DNA of 32,000 nt from Microcystis aeruginosa NIES-2549 (GCF_000981785.2 NZ_CP011304.1:3180001-3212000), one strand, 5' to 3'. Numbered from the stretch's first letter, positions 1 through 9,516 are shown. Notes: generated by a model from the sequence alone, not told the origin. Numbers and translations: made by a program.

Positions 1-419
1 ACGGGAGTATGATCGTTCCCTGCATAGCGATGATTCGCGGGACGTGGATAATCGGGAGATTGTCGCACTAAACGACAGGAAATGTCGAGAATTTTCTGGA
101 ACCATTCGGCGATTTCATCCCCTTGATCCATGGCTATGGTTTGAGATTCCCAGATTTGAACCGCTCTTTTTTCTCCTGTGAAATTAGGACAAAAAGTTAG
201 GGAATCTTGAGATGTTTTCAGAGAAAAGTTATCTCCTGTCATCCTGATAGAAACCCTGGCTAATTGCGGATATTCTCTTTGAGTGATAAATTTACCCTTA
301 GCATCCACCAACATCATTTCCCGATCCCAGAGTAAACCTTTAGGAGTCACTTCAGCTTGGGATAATTGAATACCTCGACAGGATTTAATCGGGTAGATAT
401 AGAGATCAGTAACCTGCAT
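1..419 (-). CDS. MOSC domain-containing protein (N-terminal part; the 3' end lies beyond the left window edge)
   Basis: Absent from the ORF track because it runs off the window edge. My minus-strand translation from the ATG at 419..417 reads MQVTDLYIYPIKSCRGIQLSQAEVTPKGLLWDREMMLVDAKGKFITQREYPQLARV... and stays open to position 1. The LYIYPIKSCRG opening is typical of the MOSC N-terminal beta-barrel domain. The start overlaps the upstream glycosyltransferase stop by 14 nt. Confidence 0.6.
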   Translation of the reverse strand, partial: MQVTDLYIYPIKSCRGIQLSQAEVTPKGLLWDREMMLVDAKGKFITQREYPQLARVSIRMTGDNFSLKTSQDSLTFCPNFTGEKRAVQIWESQTIAMDQGDEIAEWFQKILDISCRLVRQSPDYPRPANHRYAGNDHTP

Positions 420-1683
420 TTTCTTTCAGTATTTCTACATATTTTTTTGCCACATCTTCCCAAGTCCAGAGATTAACTCTATTGGGGATATCTTCGGGTA
501 ACAAGCGAGGAATTGGATTGAGGATAAATTGTTCTAAACAATTGGCTAAACTGTCCGCATCTCCCCTAGGATAGAATTGCACTCTTTCGGGACAATTATA
601 TAATTCTACCTGTTCTTGAAACACTTCTAAATCGGAAGCGATAACGGGAATACCTTGTAAAATTGCTTCTGCTATTGCTAATCCAAAACCTTCGTATTTT
701 GAGGGAAATACCACACAGGAACAGGTTTGATAATAAAATTGCAAGGTTTCATAGTCTTGATAACCTAATCCCTTGATATGACTCTCGAAAATTTCTTGAT
801 TTTCCCGATAAAGTCGGGTACATTCTTTGAGATAATCTTGATATTCTTGAGTTTGGGACTGTTGAGACAATTGCAGATTTCCACTAACTAGATTATCGGT
901 TTCTTTGCCGATAAAAACTATTTGAAATTTTAAACCTTTTTTAGCTAGTGTCATGGCTGCTTTGAGTAAAGTCAGATGATCTTTGTAGATACCAAAAGAG
1001 GAGGGAAAATAAAAAGTAACTAGCTCACTTTTGACTAGATCACTCTTGGGATGAGACTGCTCGATAAATCCTGCTAAGGGTACAGCTTTTAATTTACTGG
1101 CATAGGTAGCATTGGGAAAAACTTTTAAAACATCGTCTTTAGTTTTTTGGGAAATTGTGAAGAGTAGATCGGCCTTATCTAACCATTCTTTTAACGCTTC
1201 ATTGTAGGGTTCTTGATAGGATTCTGAGTAAGTTAAGGGAGCAAATTGCCAAAACACATCATAAATAATGCCACTTAAAGTAACCTTGACATTGGGGGGA
1301 GAAATCCGATTAGTCATCCCATACAAACAGTGATCAGCTTGGTAACGATTGATAATCTGATTGATTCTTGCTTCGCTGCGTAAAAGCTCAATTCTACGAG
1401 AGAAAAGACGATGAATATAATTCAGTCTTAGGGTTTTGTAAAAATTGGCTATAAGACCATAAAAATAGATTAATTTTGTCTCAAAACTCTGGGGATAAAA
1501 ATCAAAATTTTCGTAGATAAGTTTATCGGAATCGGGCATTAAAGACTTAAAATATTCAATGTCATGACGAGGGAGGACGATAATAATTTGTTCGACGTAT
1601 TCTAATAAGCTAGGTATTAAAGAGATAATGACTCTTTCTACTCCTCCTTTGCGATAAAACACGATCGGGATGACAATTTTCAT
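406..1683 (-). CDS. Glycosyltransferase, group 1 / GT4-like (GT-B fold)
   Basis: 425-aa ORF with an ATG start. The C-terminal half carries the typical GT4 block FPSKYEGFGLAIAEAILQGIPVIASD. The N-terminus MKIVIPIVFYRKGGVERV fits a GT-B beta1-loop. Confidence 0.8.
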   Translation of the reverse strand: MKIVIPIVFYRKGGVERVIISLIPSLLEYVEQIIIVLPRHDIEYFKSLMPDSDKLIYENFDFYPQSFETKLIYFYGLIANFYKTLRLNYIHRLFSRRIELLRSEARINQIINRYQADHCLYGMTNRISPPNVKVTLSGIIYDVFWQFAPLTYSESYQEPYNEALKEWLDKADLLFTISQKTKDDVLKVFPNATYASKLKAVPLAGFIEQSHPKSDLVKSELVTFYFPSSFGIYKDHLTLLKAAMTLAKKGLKFQIVFIGKETDNLVSGNLQLSQQSQTQEYQDYLKECTRLYRENQEIFESHIKGLGYQDYETLQFYYQTCSCVVFPSKYEGFGLAIAEAILQGIPVIASDLEVFQEQVELYNCPERVQFYPRGDADSLANCLEQFILNPIPRLLPEDIPNRVNLWTWEDVAKKYVEILKENAGY

Positions 1684-1848
1684 AGATTTACTTACAGATA
1701 GATGGCAATAAAAAGATTGATTTTTGACTTGAACCTATTATATGATAGGCTCGAATTGTTCTACTGAGTCGAGAAATCGAGTTAAATTCAAGGAACTAAG
1801 ACTCTATCACCCATCGCCCCTATTTTCCCTCGATCTTGGAGAAAAAGA

Positions 1849-3018
1849 GTGTCACAAGCTACTCCATCCCTACAATCTAATCTCAAACAATGGCTACGAG
1901 CCAGCGCACCTTCTCTATTTCAAATTAAACAACGTTTGAGCGCCCGTCGTTGGCCGAAAAAATCGATCGTTATTTACACAGAAAAATATCGTCCCATGCT
2001 TCCGGCGGAAATTTGGCAACGGGGGGCCAGTGGTACACAGGCATCGGTGGCTTTTTTAGCGCAAGAATGGACGAAACGCGGCTATAAAGTGACGATTTTT
2101 GGCAATTGTGAGGGTATGGAAGGGGAACAGGACGGGATTCGCTATGTTAATTATTACCAGATGAATTGGCAGGATCGCTTTGAGACATTGGTGATCTCTC
2201 GTCATCCCACCTATTGCCGTCCTGGTACCAAGGCAGAACGAATTTTTTTTGATTGGCAAGATATTAAAGTGCCAGCAGCCTCCTATACCCCCGAAATTTT
2301 GGCTAGATATGACAAAATTTTCTGTAAAAGCCAATATCAACGGGATTTACTGGATTTCTGTCCCGATAATCAATGTCCGATTGTTCCTAATGGTATTGAT
2401 GCTTCCCTTTTGGCTGTAAGTGAGACGGTGCCGGAAAGTGAGTATCTTCCCTATCGTCTAGTCTATGCCTCTCGTTATTATCGCGGCTTAGAGTCAATGT
2501 TAAAGCATGGCTGGCCGATGATCAAGGCGGCAATTCCCGCAGCCGAGTTACATCTCTACTATGGTTTTACTAAACGGGATGACTATGGCGATCGCAAGGA
2601 ATGGCGGGATAATTTAATGGCTTTGATTAAAGCTAGTCCGGGGGTAGTTGATCGCGGAATGATCGGTTATCGTCAACTCATCGAGGAAAAAGCTCGCTCT
2701 GCTATTCATTACTACGGTTGCACCTATCGTGAGATCGATTGTATTTCCGTGCGCGAGTCAGCAGTGGTAGGCTGTCTGCCAGTGGTGACGGATTTTGCCG
2801 TTTTTCGAGAAAAGGACTACTGTGTGAAAGTGCCGGGGGAAGTAACCGATCCGGCTACTCAGGAAGCTATAGCCCGGAAAATCGTCGAATTACTGAAAAA
2901 TCCCCAGCTTTTAGCCCAAGAGCGCGAAAGATGTCGTCAAATTGCCCTAACTGACACTTGGGAGCGATCGGCCGCCGCTTGGTTAGATGTGATTGAAAAG
3001 GAGTCTCCCAGTCAGTAG
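1849..3018 (+). CDS. Putative glycosyltransferase-like protein (GT-B-like), divergent from the 406-1683 gene
   Basis: 389-aa ORF. A GTG start at 1849 is preceded by GGAG at 1838-1841. The first strand-like element KKSIVIYTE lies upstream of the first in-frame ATG (1996), so the GTG start is needed. GASGTQASVAFLAQEWTKRGYKVTIFG resembles a GT-B N-terminal domain. The assignment is weak. Confidence 0.5.
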   Translation: MSQATPSLQSNLKQWLRASAPSLFQIKQRLSARRWPKKSIVIYTEKYRPMLPAEIWQRGASGTQASVAFLAQEWTKRGYKVTIFGNCEGMEGEQDGIRYVNYYQMNWQDRFETLVISRHPTYCRPGTKAERIFFDWQDIKVPAASYTPEILARYDKIFCKSQYQRDLLDFCPDNQCPIVPNGIDASLLAVSETVPESEYLPYRLVYASRYYRGLESMLKHGWPMIKAAIPAAELHLYYGFTKRDDYGDRKEWRDNLMALIKASPGVVDRGMIGYRQLIEEKARSAIHYYGCTYREIDCISVRESAVVGCLPVVTDFAVFREKDYCVKVPGEVTDPATQEAIARKIVELLKNPQLLAQERERCRQIALTDTWERSAAAWLDVIEKESPSQ

Positions 3019-3104
3019 ATTGTTTACTTAGACTGGAAAAATGACCTTTTCGTTTAATAAGTGCCTAAATTAGGGATTTTAAGGGGAAGTAAGCCCTTGA
3101 AATC

Positions 3105-4436
3105 TCACTGGTGCGGGATATCTATCAGCATTTCCTCTAAAACCATGGCTACGCTTAGGATTAAGTCTTCGCGATCAGGAGCGGCGATGATTTGTAAACC
3201 TAAAGGTAGCTGGGATGAACGTTTAATCGGCAAAGAAAGGGCAGGTAAACCGATAAAAGAAAAAGGTTGGGTGAATCTGCCTAAATTAGGTCTAATTAAT
3301 AGCTCTTGCCCGTCAATAATCATTTTTTCTACTCCTAACGGCGGCGCAATACAGGGAATCGTCGGGGTGAGGATAATATCGACTTCGGTGAAAATCTCTC
3401 GCAGACGATCGCGATACCAACGGCGAAAACGTTGAGCCTGTAAATACCAGCTAGAGGGAATTAATGCCCCTGCCAAGAAGCGATCCCGGGTTGCGGGGTC
3501 AAAATCCTCTAATCTGGTCTGTAAACGCGGTAAATGCCAATTTGCCCCCTCAGAAGCGGTAATTATATAGGCGGCTGCTCTGGCGCGGGTGGTTTCGGGA
3601 ATGGTGATTTTTTGGCTCACTCCCAAACGTTCGGCGATCGCTGTCACCGCCTCGATTACTTCCAGTTCGGCTCCCTGCTGAAAATAATCGTCGGCAAGGG
3701 CTATTTTTACCCCCTCTAAGCCATTTAAAGGAGCTTTAAGGTTATTTTTGGCAAAAAGACTCCAAATAGCCGTCATATCCGCCACATTGGCGGTAAAAAA
3801 TCCCGGATGATCCAAACTACTAACGAACAAAAATAGACCCTGACGGGATACGCGCCCAAAGGTGGGTTTTAGCCCCACCACGCCACAGCAAGCGGCGGGA
3901 ACCCTCACCGAACCATTAGTATCGGAACCGAGGGCGAGAGGCACTAAATTAGCGGCAACGGCAGCGGCGGAACCGCCGGAGGATCCCCCCGAGACGCGAC
4001 TGGGATCGAGGGGGTTGGCAGTGGCCCCATAATGGGCATTTTCGGTGACAAAACCGTAGGCGTACTCATCCATATTGGTCGCCCCCACCAAAACTGCCCC
4101 AGCCGCTTCTAGGGTTTGAATAGCGATCGCATCTTGTCCGGCGGCAGGGTGATCTCGATTGATTTTGGAACCAGCAAGGGTGACAATACCCTCGATATCA
4201 AAGAGATTTTTGACGGCGAAGGGGACTCCTGCTAAGACACCGACGGGTTCCCCATTGGCGATCGCTTGATCGATTTTTTGGGCTTGAGCGAGCGCCCTAG
4301 GGTGTAAAATGTCGGTAAAGCAATTTAAATGGGTATTTTTTGCCTCTATCTCCGCCAAAGTCTGGCTAATAACTTCTAAGGCGCTAGTTTGACGATTTTG
4401 GATCGATCGAGCTAAATTGCTCACAGAAATAGTCAT
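3105..4436 (-). CDS. Amidase-signature enzyme, AtzE/GatA-like branch
   Basis: 443-aa ORF with the amidase signature GGSSGGSAAAVAANLVPLALGSDTNGSVRVPAACCG, the catalytic-Lys context FAVKNLFD, and TENAHYG and SLDHPGFF blocks. Its ATG (4436..4434) overlaps the TGA of the upstream small ORF (ATGA). Confidence 0.85.
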   Translation of the reverse strand: MTISVSNLARSIQNRQTSALEVISQTLAEIEAKNTHLNCFTDILHPRALAQAQKIDQAIANGEPVGVLAGVPFAVKNLFDIEGIVTLAGSKINRDHPAAGQDAIAIQTLEAAGAVLVGATNMDEYAYGFVTENAHYGATANPLDPSRVSGGSSGGSAAAVAANLVPLALGSDTNGSVRVPAACCGVVGLKPTFGRVSRQGLFLFVSSLDHPGFFTANVADMTAIWSLFAKNNLKAPLNGLEGVKIALADDYFQQGAELEVIEAVTAIAERLGVSQKITIPETTRARAAAYIITASEGANWHLPRLQTRLEDFDPATRDRFLAGALIPSSWYLQAQRFRRWYRDRLREIFTEVDIILTPTIPCIAPPLGVEKMIIDGQELLIRPNLGRFTQPFSFIGLPALSLPIKRSSQLPLGLQIIAAPDREDLILSVAMVLEEMLIDIPHQ

Positions 4437-4618
4437 GGTTCAAAGCTGAGGGCGCTTTCCCCGTCATCCTCTAAGGGAAATTCTGTCACTAAACTGGCGA
4501 TTTCTTGCAAGCGTTGCCAGTTTTCAACCACAGAATTTAAATAGCGATCGGGAATGGTTAAATCTAGGATTTTCGCCATGATTATAACGTATTCTTCTGG
4601 GTTATTCATAGATTTCAT
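4433..4618 (-). CDS. Small GatC-like / AtzG-like (DUF4089-type) partner of the amidase
   Basis: Only the C-terminal part of the 111-aa track ORF looks real: (MKSMNNPEEYVIIM)AKILDLTIPDRYLNSVVENWQRLQEIASLVTEFPLEDDGESALSFEP. From memory this fits the small subunit found with AtzE-type amidases. The stop overlaps the amidase start. Alternative starts are at 4609 and 4579, and none has a strong SD. Confidence 0.55.
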   Translation of the reverse strand: MKSMNNPEEYVIIMAKILDLTIPDRYLNSVVENWQRLQEIASLVTEFPLEDDGESALSFEP

Positions 4619-4923
4619 TCTGGCTGGGGTGAAGGGGATCAATCGACACCTAGTTAAGCTGTGAAAATTGCTAGGATATAAGAGAAAATATCCTGTAAAT
4701 ACAATAGCTATGCCTAGGCAGGAAGTATAACTTAAATTTGTTCTTGACCACCGAATCCCTAGGATCATAACCTGAGATAGTATCCTAGAACTGTATATTG
4801 AGATATTTTCCCCTCCTTCACCCCCCGATTAAATTAAACTTATATATGACCAAAAACAAGAGGTAACAAGTCTCCCCTTTCAAGAGAATGAAAATTAAAA
4901 GCTACTGAAGACTACTGGTAGTC

Positions 4924-4950
4924 ACTGATAACTGATAACTGATAACTGAA
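4924..4950 (+). repeat. Heptanucleotide tandem array ACTGATA x ~3.9, ending on the base before the ATG at 4951
   Basis: The sequence reads actgata actgata actgata actgaa then ATG. The phase-shifted unit ATAACTG is the same family as the array at 10822-10884. Confidence 0.9.
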
Positions 4951-6552
4951 ATGACCATCTTACAAGACGAAAAACTACTCTTTACTCCCGCAATACCCCA
5001 CAGTGATGCCCTTAGAACTATTTTTGCCTTTCCTAATCAGTATTCTGTGGGTATAACCAGTTTAGGTTATCAAATTGTTTGGGCAACTTTAGCCCTGCGA
5101 TCGGATATACAAGTTAGTCGTTTATTTACGGATTTTCAAGAATGTTTACCCCGTTATCCCGAATTAGTCGGCTTTTCCTTTTCCTGGGAATTGGACTATG
5201 TTAATATCCTCTCGCTGTTAGAATCTTTAGACATTCCTTGCCACAGTCATCAACGGCAAGATCAGCAAGCGATAATTTTTGGAGGTGGACCGGTTTTAAC
5301 CGCTAATCCCGAACCTTTTGCCGCTTTTTTTGATGTAATTTTATTGGGAGATGGTGAAAATTTAATTGCTGATTTTATTAATGCCTATCAAGAGGTTAGA
5401 AACGCCGATCGCCCGACAAAACTCCGTCATTTAGCCCAGGTTCCGGGGGTGTATGTTCCTAGTTTATACACCGTTAATTATGATAGTCCTGATGGCGAAA
5501 TTACGGCAATTCTACCCATAGATAATAATATTCCCGCCTTTGTTAGTAAACAAACCTATCGCAGTAATACCCTTTCAGCTTCTACGGTGGTGACAAAACA
5601 AGCGGCATGGGAGAATATTTATATGGTAGAGGTGGTGCGAAGTTGTCCAGAAATGTGCCGTTTTTGTTTAGCTAGTTATCTAACTTTACCCTTTCGTACT
5701 GCTAGTTTAGAATCTTTAATTCCCGCCATTGAAAAAGGTTTAAAAGTGACCGATCGCCTGGGTTTATTAGGTGCTTCCGTCAGCCAACATCCTGAATTTG
5801 AAACCTTACTTGATTATCTTTTTCAACCAAAATTTGAGGGAGTTAGACTCTCGATCGCTTCAGTTAGAACTAATACTGTCACGGAAAAATTAGCTAGAAT
5901 TTTATCCCTAAGAGACAGCAAATCAATTACTATTGCCGTAGAAAGTGGTTCTGATCGCTTGCGGGAAATTATCAACAAAAAGTTAGCCAATGATGAAATT
6001 ATTCAGGCTGCCATTAATGCTAAAGCGGGCGGTTTAAAAGGTATAAAACTCTATGGTATGGTGGGAATACCGGGAGAAGAAACCGAAGATATTGGCGCAA
6101 CTGTGGAAATGTTAATAGCCTTAAAAAAAGCCGCCTCTGGACTGCGAATTTCTTTCGGTTGCAGCACCTTTGTGCCTAAATCTCATACTCCTTTTCAGTG
6201 GTTTGGAGTTAATAAAATGGCCGAAAAAAGATTAAAATATCTAGAGAAACAATTAGGTAAACAGGGCATAGAATTTCGTCCAGAAAGTTATAATTGGTCG
6301 GTGATTCAAGCCCTATTGTCTAGAGGAGATCGCCGCTTAAATTCCCTGTTAGAATTAACCCGTGGCTACGGAGATTCTTTAGGCAGTTATAAACGGGCTT
6401 TTAAGGAACTAAAAGGACAAATTCCCCCTCTAGATTATTATGTTCATCAACAATGGCGTTTAGAACAGGTTTTACCCTGGAGTCATTTACACGGTCCTTT
6501 ATCCTCCAATGTTTTAATAAAACATTTAGAAGATTCCCAAACAAAAAGGTAA
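4951..6552 (+). CDS. Radical SAM protein with an N-terminal B12-binding-like domain
   Basis: 533-aa ORF with a CxxxCxxC cluster (SCPEMCRFCLASY). The N-terminal segment IIFGGGPVLTANPEPFAAFFDVILLGDGE is typical of the B12-binding-like domain of class B-type radical SAM proteins. Confidence 0.8.
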   Translation: MTILQDEKLLFTPAIPHSDALRTIFAFPNQYSVGITSLGYQIVWATLALRSDIQVSRLFTDFQECLPRYPELVGFSFSWELDYVNILSLLESLDIPCHSHQRQDQQAIIFGGGPVLTANPEPFAAFFDVILLGDGENLIADFINAYQEVRNADRPTKLRHLAQVPGVYVPSLYTVNYDSPDGEITAILPIDNNIPAFVSKQTYRSNTLSASTVVTKQAAWENIYMVEVVRSCPEMCRFCLASYLTLPFRTASLESLIPAIEKGLKVTDRLGLLGASVSQHPEFETLLDYLFQPKFEGVRLSIASVRTNTVTEKLARILSLRDSKSITIAVESGSDRLREIINKKLANDEIIQAAINAKAGGLKGIKLYGMVGIPGEETEDIGATVEMLIALKKAASGLRISFGCSTFVPKSHTPFQWFGVNKMAEKRLKYLEKQLGKQGIEFRPESYNWSVIQALLSRGDRRLNSLLELTRGYGDSLGSYKRAFKELKGQIPPLDYYVHQQWRLEQVLPWSHLHGPLSSNVLIKHLEDSQTKR

Positions 6553-6744
6553 AGTATCGCTAATAAGCTAAGACGCATTTAAACAATGTCTTGACTATCA
6601 AACCCCAAATGAGGTATTCTATCAAGGTAGGCTGGGTATTGGTGCCATTCAGACTTGAATTAGCCCTATTAAAAAACCAAAAATGTTACTTTTATTAACA
6701 TAAATCTCGATTAAACCATTAATTTAATCTTAGTTGATCAGCCC

Positions 6745-8160
6745 ATGAGCCAGAAAAATGAGACCGTTACCCTGCTTTTAGCCCTGCTGATTACCCTAAT
6801 ATTTTTTGGGGCTGGTAGTTGGTGGTTATACATTCTTTTTCAAGAAAGAAAGAACCCAAACAATCTTTCTAACATCGAGAAAATATCACCCGGGCAAAAA
6901 TCGATATCGGCACAAGCAAGATTTAGTCAAGGGGAAAACTTATTAGTAGTTGAAGGGGCTTCTTCTGACAAACAAGCCGCCATACAGGCACTCGGAAAAG
7001 GAGACTTTCAGCAAGCAGTTTACCTCCTAGAAAGATCCCTGCAAACTAATCGAAATGATCCCGAAGCTCTCATCTACTTAAATAACGCCCGTATTGGTGA
7101 AGCTAAGTCCTATAGTATCGCCGTTTCCGTGCCAATTGGGGGCAGTGTCAACACCTCCCTAGAAATTTTACGAGGAGTTGCCCAATCTCAAAATCAAATC
7201 AATCAAGCCGGGGGAATTAATGGCACTCCTTTAAAAGTTCTCATTGCTGATGATGCTTATAATCCCGAAATTGCCGTTCAAATTGCCCAAAAATTAGCGG
7301 CTGACAACAGTATTTTAGGAGTAGTAGGACACACTAGCAGTGACACCTCTTTAGCGGCGGCGGCTATCTATCAAAAAGCAGGATTAGTAATGATTTCCCC
7401 CGTCAGTACCTCAGTTAAACTCTCCAATTTTGGTGACTATATCTTTCGTTCTGTTCCCAGTGATTTTGTGGCGGCACGGGCATTAGCCGAATCTAGCTTG
7501 CAAAAAAATCCTAACGTCAAGGCAGTGGTATTTTTTAACTCCCAAAGTAATTATAGTCAATCCCTAAAATCTGAATTTATCACCGCTTTAGGATTAGGAG
7601 GAGGTCAAGTGGTGAGTGAATTTGATCTATCTTCCCTGACTTTTTCCCCGTCTAAAAGCCTCCAACAAGCTCAACAGGAGGGAGCAAATCTAATCGCCCT
7701 TCTTGGGGATAGTGGTACCCTAGATAAGGCTTTGCAGGTGGTTCACATCAATGGTCAAAAATTACCGATTGTGGCGGGTGATGTCGTTTATAGCCCCAAA
7801 ACTCTGGATGTAGGCGGAAAAAATGCCCTGGACATGGTTGTGGCTGTCGCTTGGCATTTGGCGGCTAATCCGAACAGTCCTTTTGTGAATAATTCCCGCC
7901 AATTGTGGCAAGGAGACGTAAATTGGCGCACTGCCACCGCCTATGACGCTACCCAGGCTTTAATCGCTGGCATTAAGGCAGAATCTAGCCGAGAGGGAGT
8001 TAAACAGGCGTTAAGAAGCAGTGATTTTTCTGTGCCTGGGGCGACTAATCCAGTGCGATTTTTACCGTCTGGCGATCGCAATCAATCCGTGCAATTAGTG
8101 GTAGTTAAACCCGGTTCTCGTTCTAGTTTTGGGGTGGATTTTGTGCCAATTTCTCGATAA
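6745..8160 (+). CDS. Periplasmic substrate-binding protein, type 1 (LivJ/branched-chain amino-acid-binding-like), with an N-terminal membrane anchor and a TPR-like segment
   Basis: 471-aa ORF. It has an N-terminal hydrophobic helix (TLLLALLITLIFFGAGSWWLYILF) and a TPR-like stretch (GDFQQAVYLLERSLQTNRNDPEALIYLNNARI). A PBP1-like core follows (IAVSVPIGG..., VVGHTSSDTSLAAAAIYQKAGLVMISPVSTS). Confidence 0.65.
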   Translation: MSQKNETVTLLLALLITLIFFGAGSWWLYILFQERKNPNNLSNIEKISPGQKSISAQARFSQGENLLVVEGASSDKQAAIQALGKGDFQQAVYLLERSLQTNRNDPEALIYLNNARIGEAKSYSIAVSVPIGGSVNTSLEILRGVAQSQNQINQAGGINGTPLKVLIADDAYNPEIAVQIAQKLAADNSILGVVGHTSSDTSLAAAAIYQKAGLVMISPVSTSVKLSNFGDYIFRSVPSDFVAARALAESSLQKNPNVKAVVFFNSQSNYSQSLKSEFITALGLGGGQVVSEFDLSSLTFSPSKSLQQAQQEGANLIALLGDSGTLDKALQVVHINGQKLPIVAGDVVYSPKTLDVGGKNALDMVVAVAWHLAANPNSPFVNNSRQLWQGDVNWRTATAYDATQALIAGIKAESSREGVKQALRSSDFSVPGATNPVRFLPSGDRNQSVQLVVVKPGSRSSFGVDFVPISR

Positions 8161-8178
8161 AATAAAAACTAAATCAAG

Positions 8179-8913
8179 ATGAATTATATGTTAGAAACTC
8201 CCCCCAAATATTCTGTTCTTGGTTTACCGGTTCATCTCCTCGATAACTACAGTCGTTGGTTAATCGATCGCCTCTATCAAGGTTTTGGTTCCCACGTTGT
8301 CACTCTCAATGCAGAAATGGCAATGTTAGGAGAAAATGATGCTAAAGTAGCCCAAGTTATTCGGGAAGCAGATTTAGTTATTCCCGACGGCGCGGGGATT
8401 GTTATTTACTTAAAATTAAGGGGCAGAAAACAAACCCGCTGCCCCGGTATTGAATTATCAGAATCCTTAATTACTGAGTTAGGAATGCAGGGAGAAAGTT
8501 CTCCTATTGCTTTTTTTGGTGGTAAACCGGGGATTACGGAAAAAGCGGCAAGTAATTGGCAGAAAAAGATACCTAATATCCGTATTCTGGCTAACCACGG
8601 TTATCTATCTTCCGAGGAAATGTCCGATTGGATCGAGGTGTTAAAAGATCAACAACCTCGGTTAATTTTAGTTGGTTTGGGAGTACCCCGACAAGAATAT
8701 TGGATTAGGGAACATCGCCATCTCTGTCCCCAAGCTATCTGGGTAGGTGTGGGGGGCAGTTTTGATATCTGGTCCGGGATAAAAATCCGCGCCCCTCGCT
8801 TTTTCTGTGACAATAATTTAGAGTGGTTGTATCGACTATATCAGGAACCTTGGCGCTGGAAAAGAATGTTAGCTTTACCTAAATTTTTCTGGCGCTCTCT
8901 TTTTTATTCCTAG
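8179..8913 (+). CDS. WecB/TagA/CpsF family (GT26) glycosyltransferase
   Basis: 244-aa ORF carrying the family blocks VVTLNAEM, ADLVIPDGAGIV and LVGLGVPRQEYW. Confidence 0.8.
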   Translation: MNYMLETPPKYSVLGLPVHLLDNYSRWLIDRLYQGFGSHVVTLNAEMAMLGENDAKVAQVIREADLVIPDGAGIVIYLKLRGRKQTRCPGIELSESLITELGMQGESSPIAFFGGKPGITEKAASNWQKKIPNIRILANHGYLSSEEMSDWIEVLKDQQPRLILVGLGVPRQEYWIREHRHLCPQAIWVGVGGSFDIWSGIKIRAPRFFCDNNLEWLYRLYQEPWRWKRMLALPKFFWRSLFYS

Positions 8914-8922
8914 CAATAGTTA

Positions 8923-9516
8923 TTATAAATTCTTTTCGATAAAGGCAATCACTCGCTCTAATCCTTCCCGTGTTTTCAAGTTGGTGAAGATAAAGGGTTT
9001 ATCCCCGCGCATCTTTTTGGCATCTCTATCCATGACCCCTAAATCTGCCCCCACCATCGGGGCTAAATCTATTTTATTGATTACCAATAAATCTGATTTG
9101 GTGATACCAGGTCCTCCCTTGCGAGGGATTTTATCTCCGGCTGCCACGTCAATCACATAGATGGTTAAATCTACTAATTCGGGGCTAAAGGTTGCCGCTA
9201 AGTTGTCACCACCACTTTCCAGAAAAATTAGCTTTAAGTTAGCAAATTTTCTCTCTAACTGTTCAATGGCAACTAAGTTAATTGAGGCATCCTCGCGAAT
9301 AGCTGTATGGGGACATCCTCCCGTTTCTACTCCTAAAATTCTTTCCGGGGCTAAAGCTTGCGATCGCACTAAAAATTGGGCATCTTCTTGAGTATAAATG
9401 TCATTGGTGACTACGGCGATCGGATATTGATCCCGCAAATTTTTACACAGAGCATCGAGAAGGGCTGTTTTTCCTGAACCCACCGGACCGGCAATTCCCA
9501 CGCGCAAGCAAGACAT
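8923..9516 (-). CDS. ureG: Urease accessory GTPase UreG
   Basis: P-loop [14 protein letters not shown], with ESGGDNL and NKIDLA motifs. The 38-aa N-terminal extension in the track ORF is not UreG-like. I place the start at the ATG at 9516..9514 ([17 protein letters not shown]), giving 197 aa. Confidence 0.9.
   Translation of the reverse strand: MSCLRVGIAGPVGSGKTALLDALCKNLRDQYPIAVVTNDIYTQEDAQFLVRSQALAPERILGVETGGCPHTAIREDASINLVAIEQLERKFANLKLIFLESGGDNLAATFSPELVDLTIYVIDVAAGDKIPRKGGPGITKSDLLVINKIDLAPMVGADLGVMDRDAKKMRGDKPFIFTNLKTREGLERVIAFIEKNL

Noticed and set aside
153-162. GATTTGAACC (reverse complement GGTTCAAATC), which resembles a tRNA T-arm
   Set aside because: It lies inside the MOSC coding frame, and no acceptor, D or anticodon stems can be built around it. 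I found no tRNA anywhere in the window.
1742-1939. 65-aa plus-strand ORF overlapping the start of the second glycosyltransferase
   Set aside because: It is in a different frame from a much longer ORF with an SD-supported GTG start, and it has no recognisable motif. It is probably spurious.
2056-3719. Antisense or alternative-frame ORFs 2056-2340(-), 2739-2954(+), 3061-3435(+) and 3534-3719(+)
   Set aside because: All lie inside or opposite the well-supported glycosyltransferase and amidase genes. Their Arg/Ser/Gly-rich low-complexity translations are typical of shadow ORFs.
4619-4768. N-terminal 50 codons of the 111-aa track ORF upstream of the amidase
   Set aside because: The composition is hydrophobic or low-complexity (MILGIRWSRTNLSYTSCLGIAIVFTGYFLLYPSNF...) and is unrelated to the recognisable AtzG/GatC-like C-terminal part. 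Internal ATGs at 4618, 4609 and 4579 give the expected ~48-61-aa size.
4793-4806. GTA-N8-TAT near-NtcA motif in the spacer between the amidase-partner gene and the radical SAM gene
   Set aside because: It has an imperfect half-site, no properly spaced -10 box, and is expected frequently by chance.
8923-9516. ureG present without ureABC/DEF neighbours, considered as a possible anomaly
   Set aside because: Dispersed urease genes are a known arrangement in unicellular cyanobacteria. Nothing in the sequence suggests a pseudogene.
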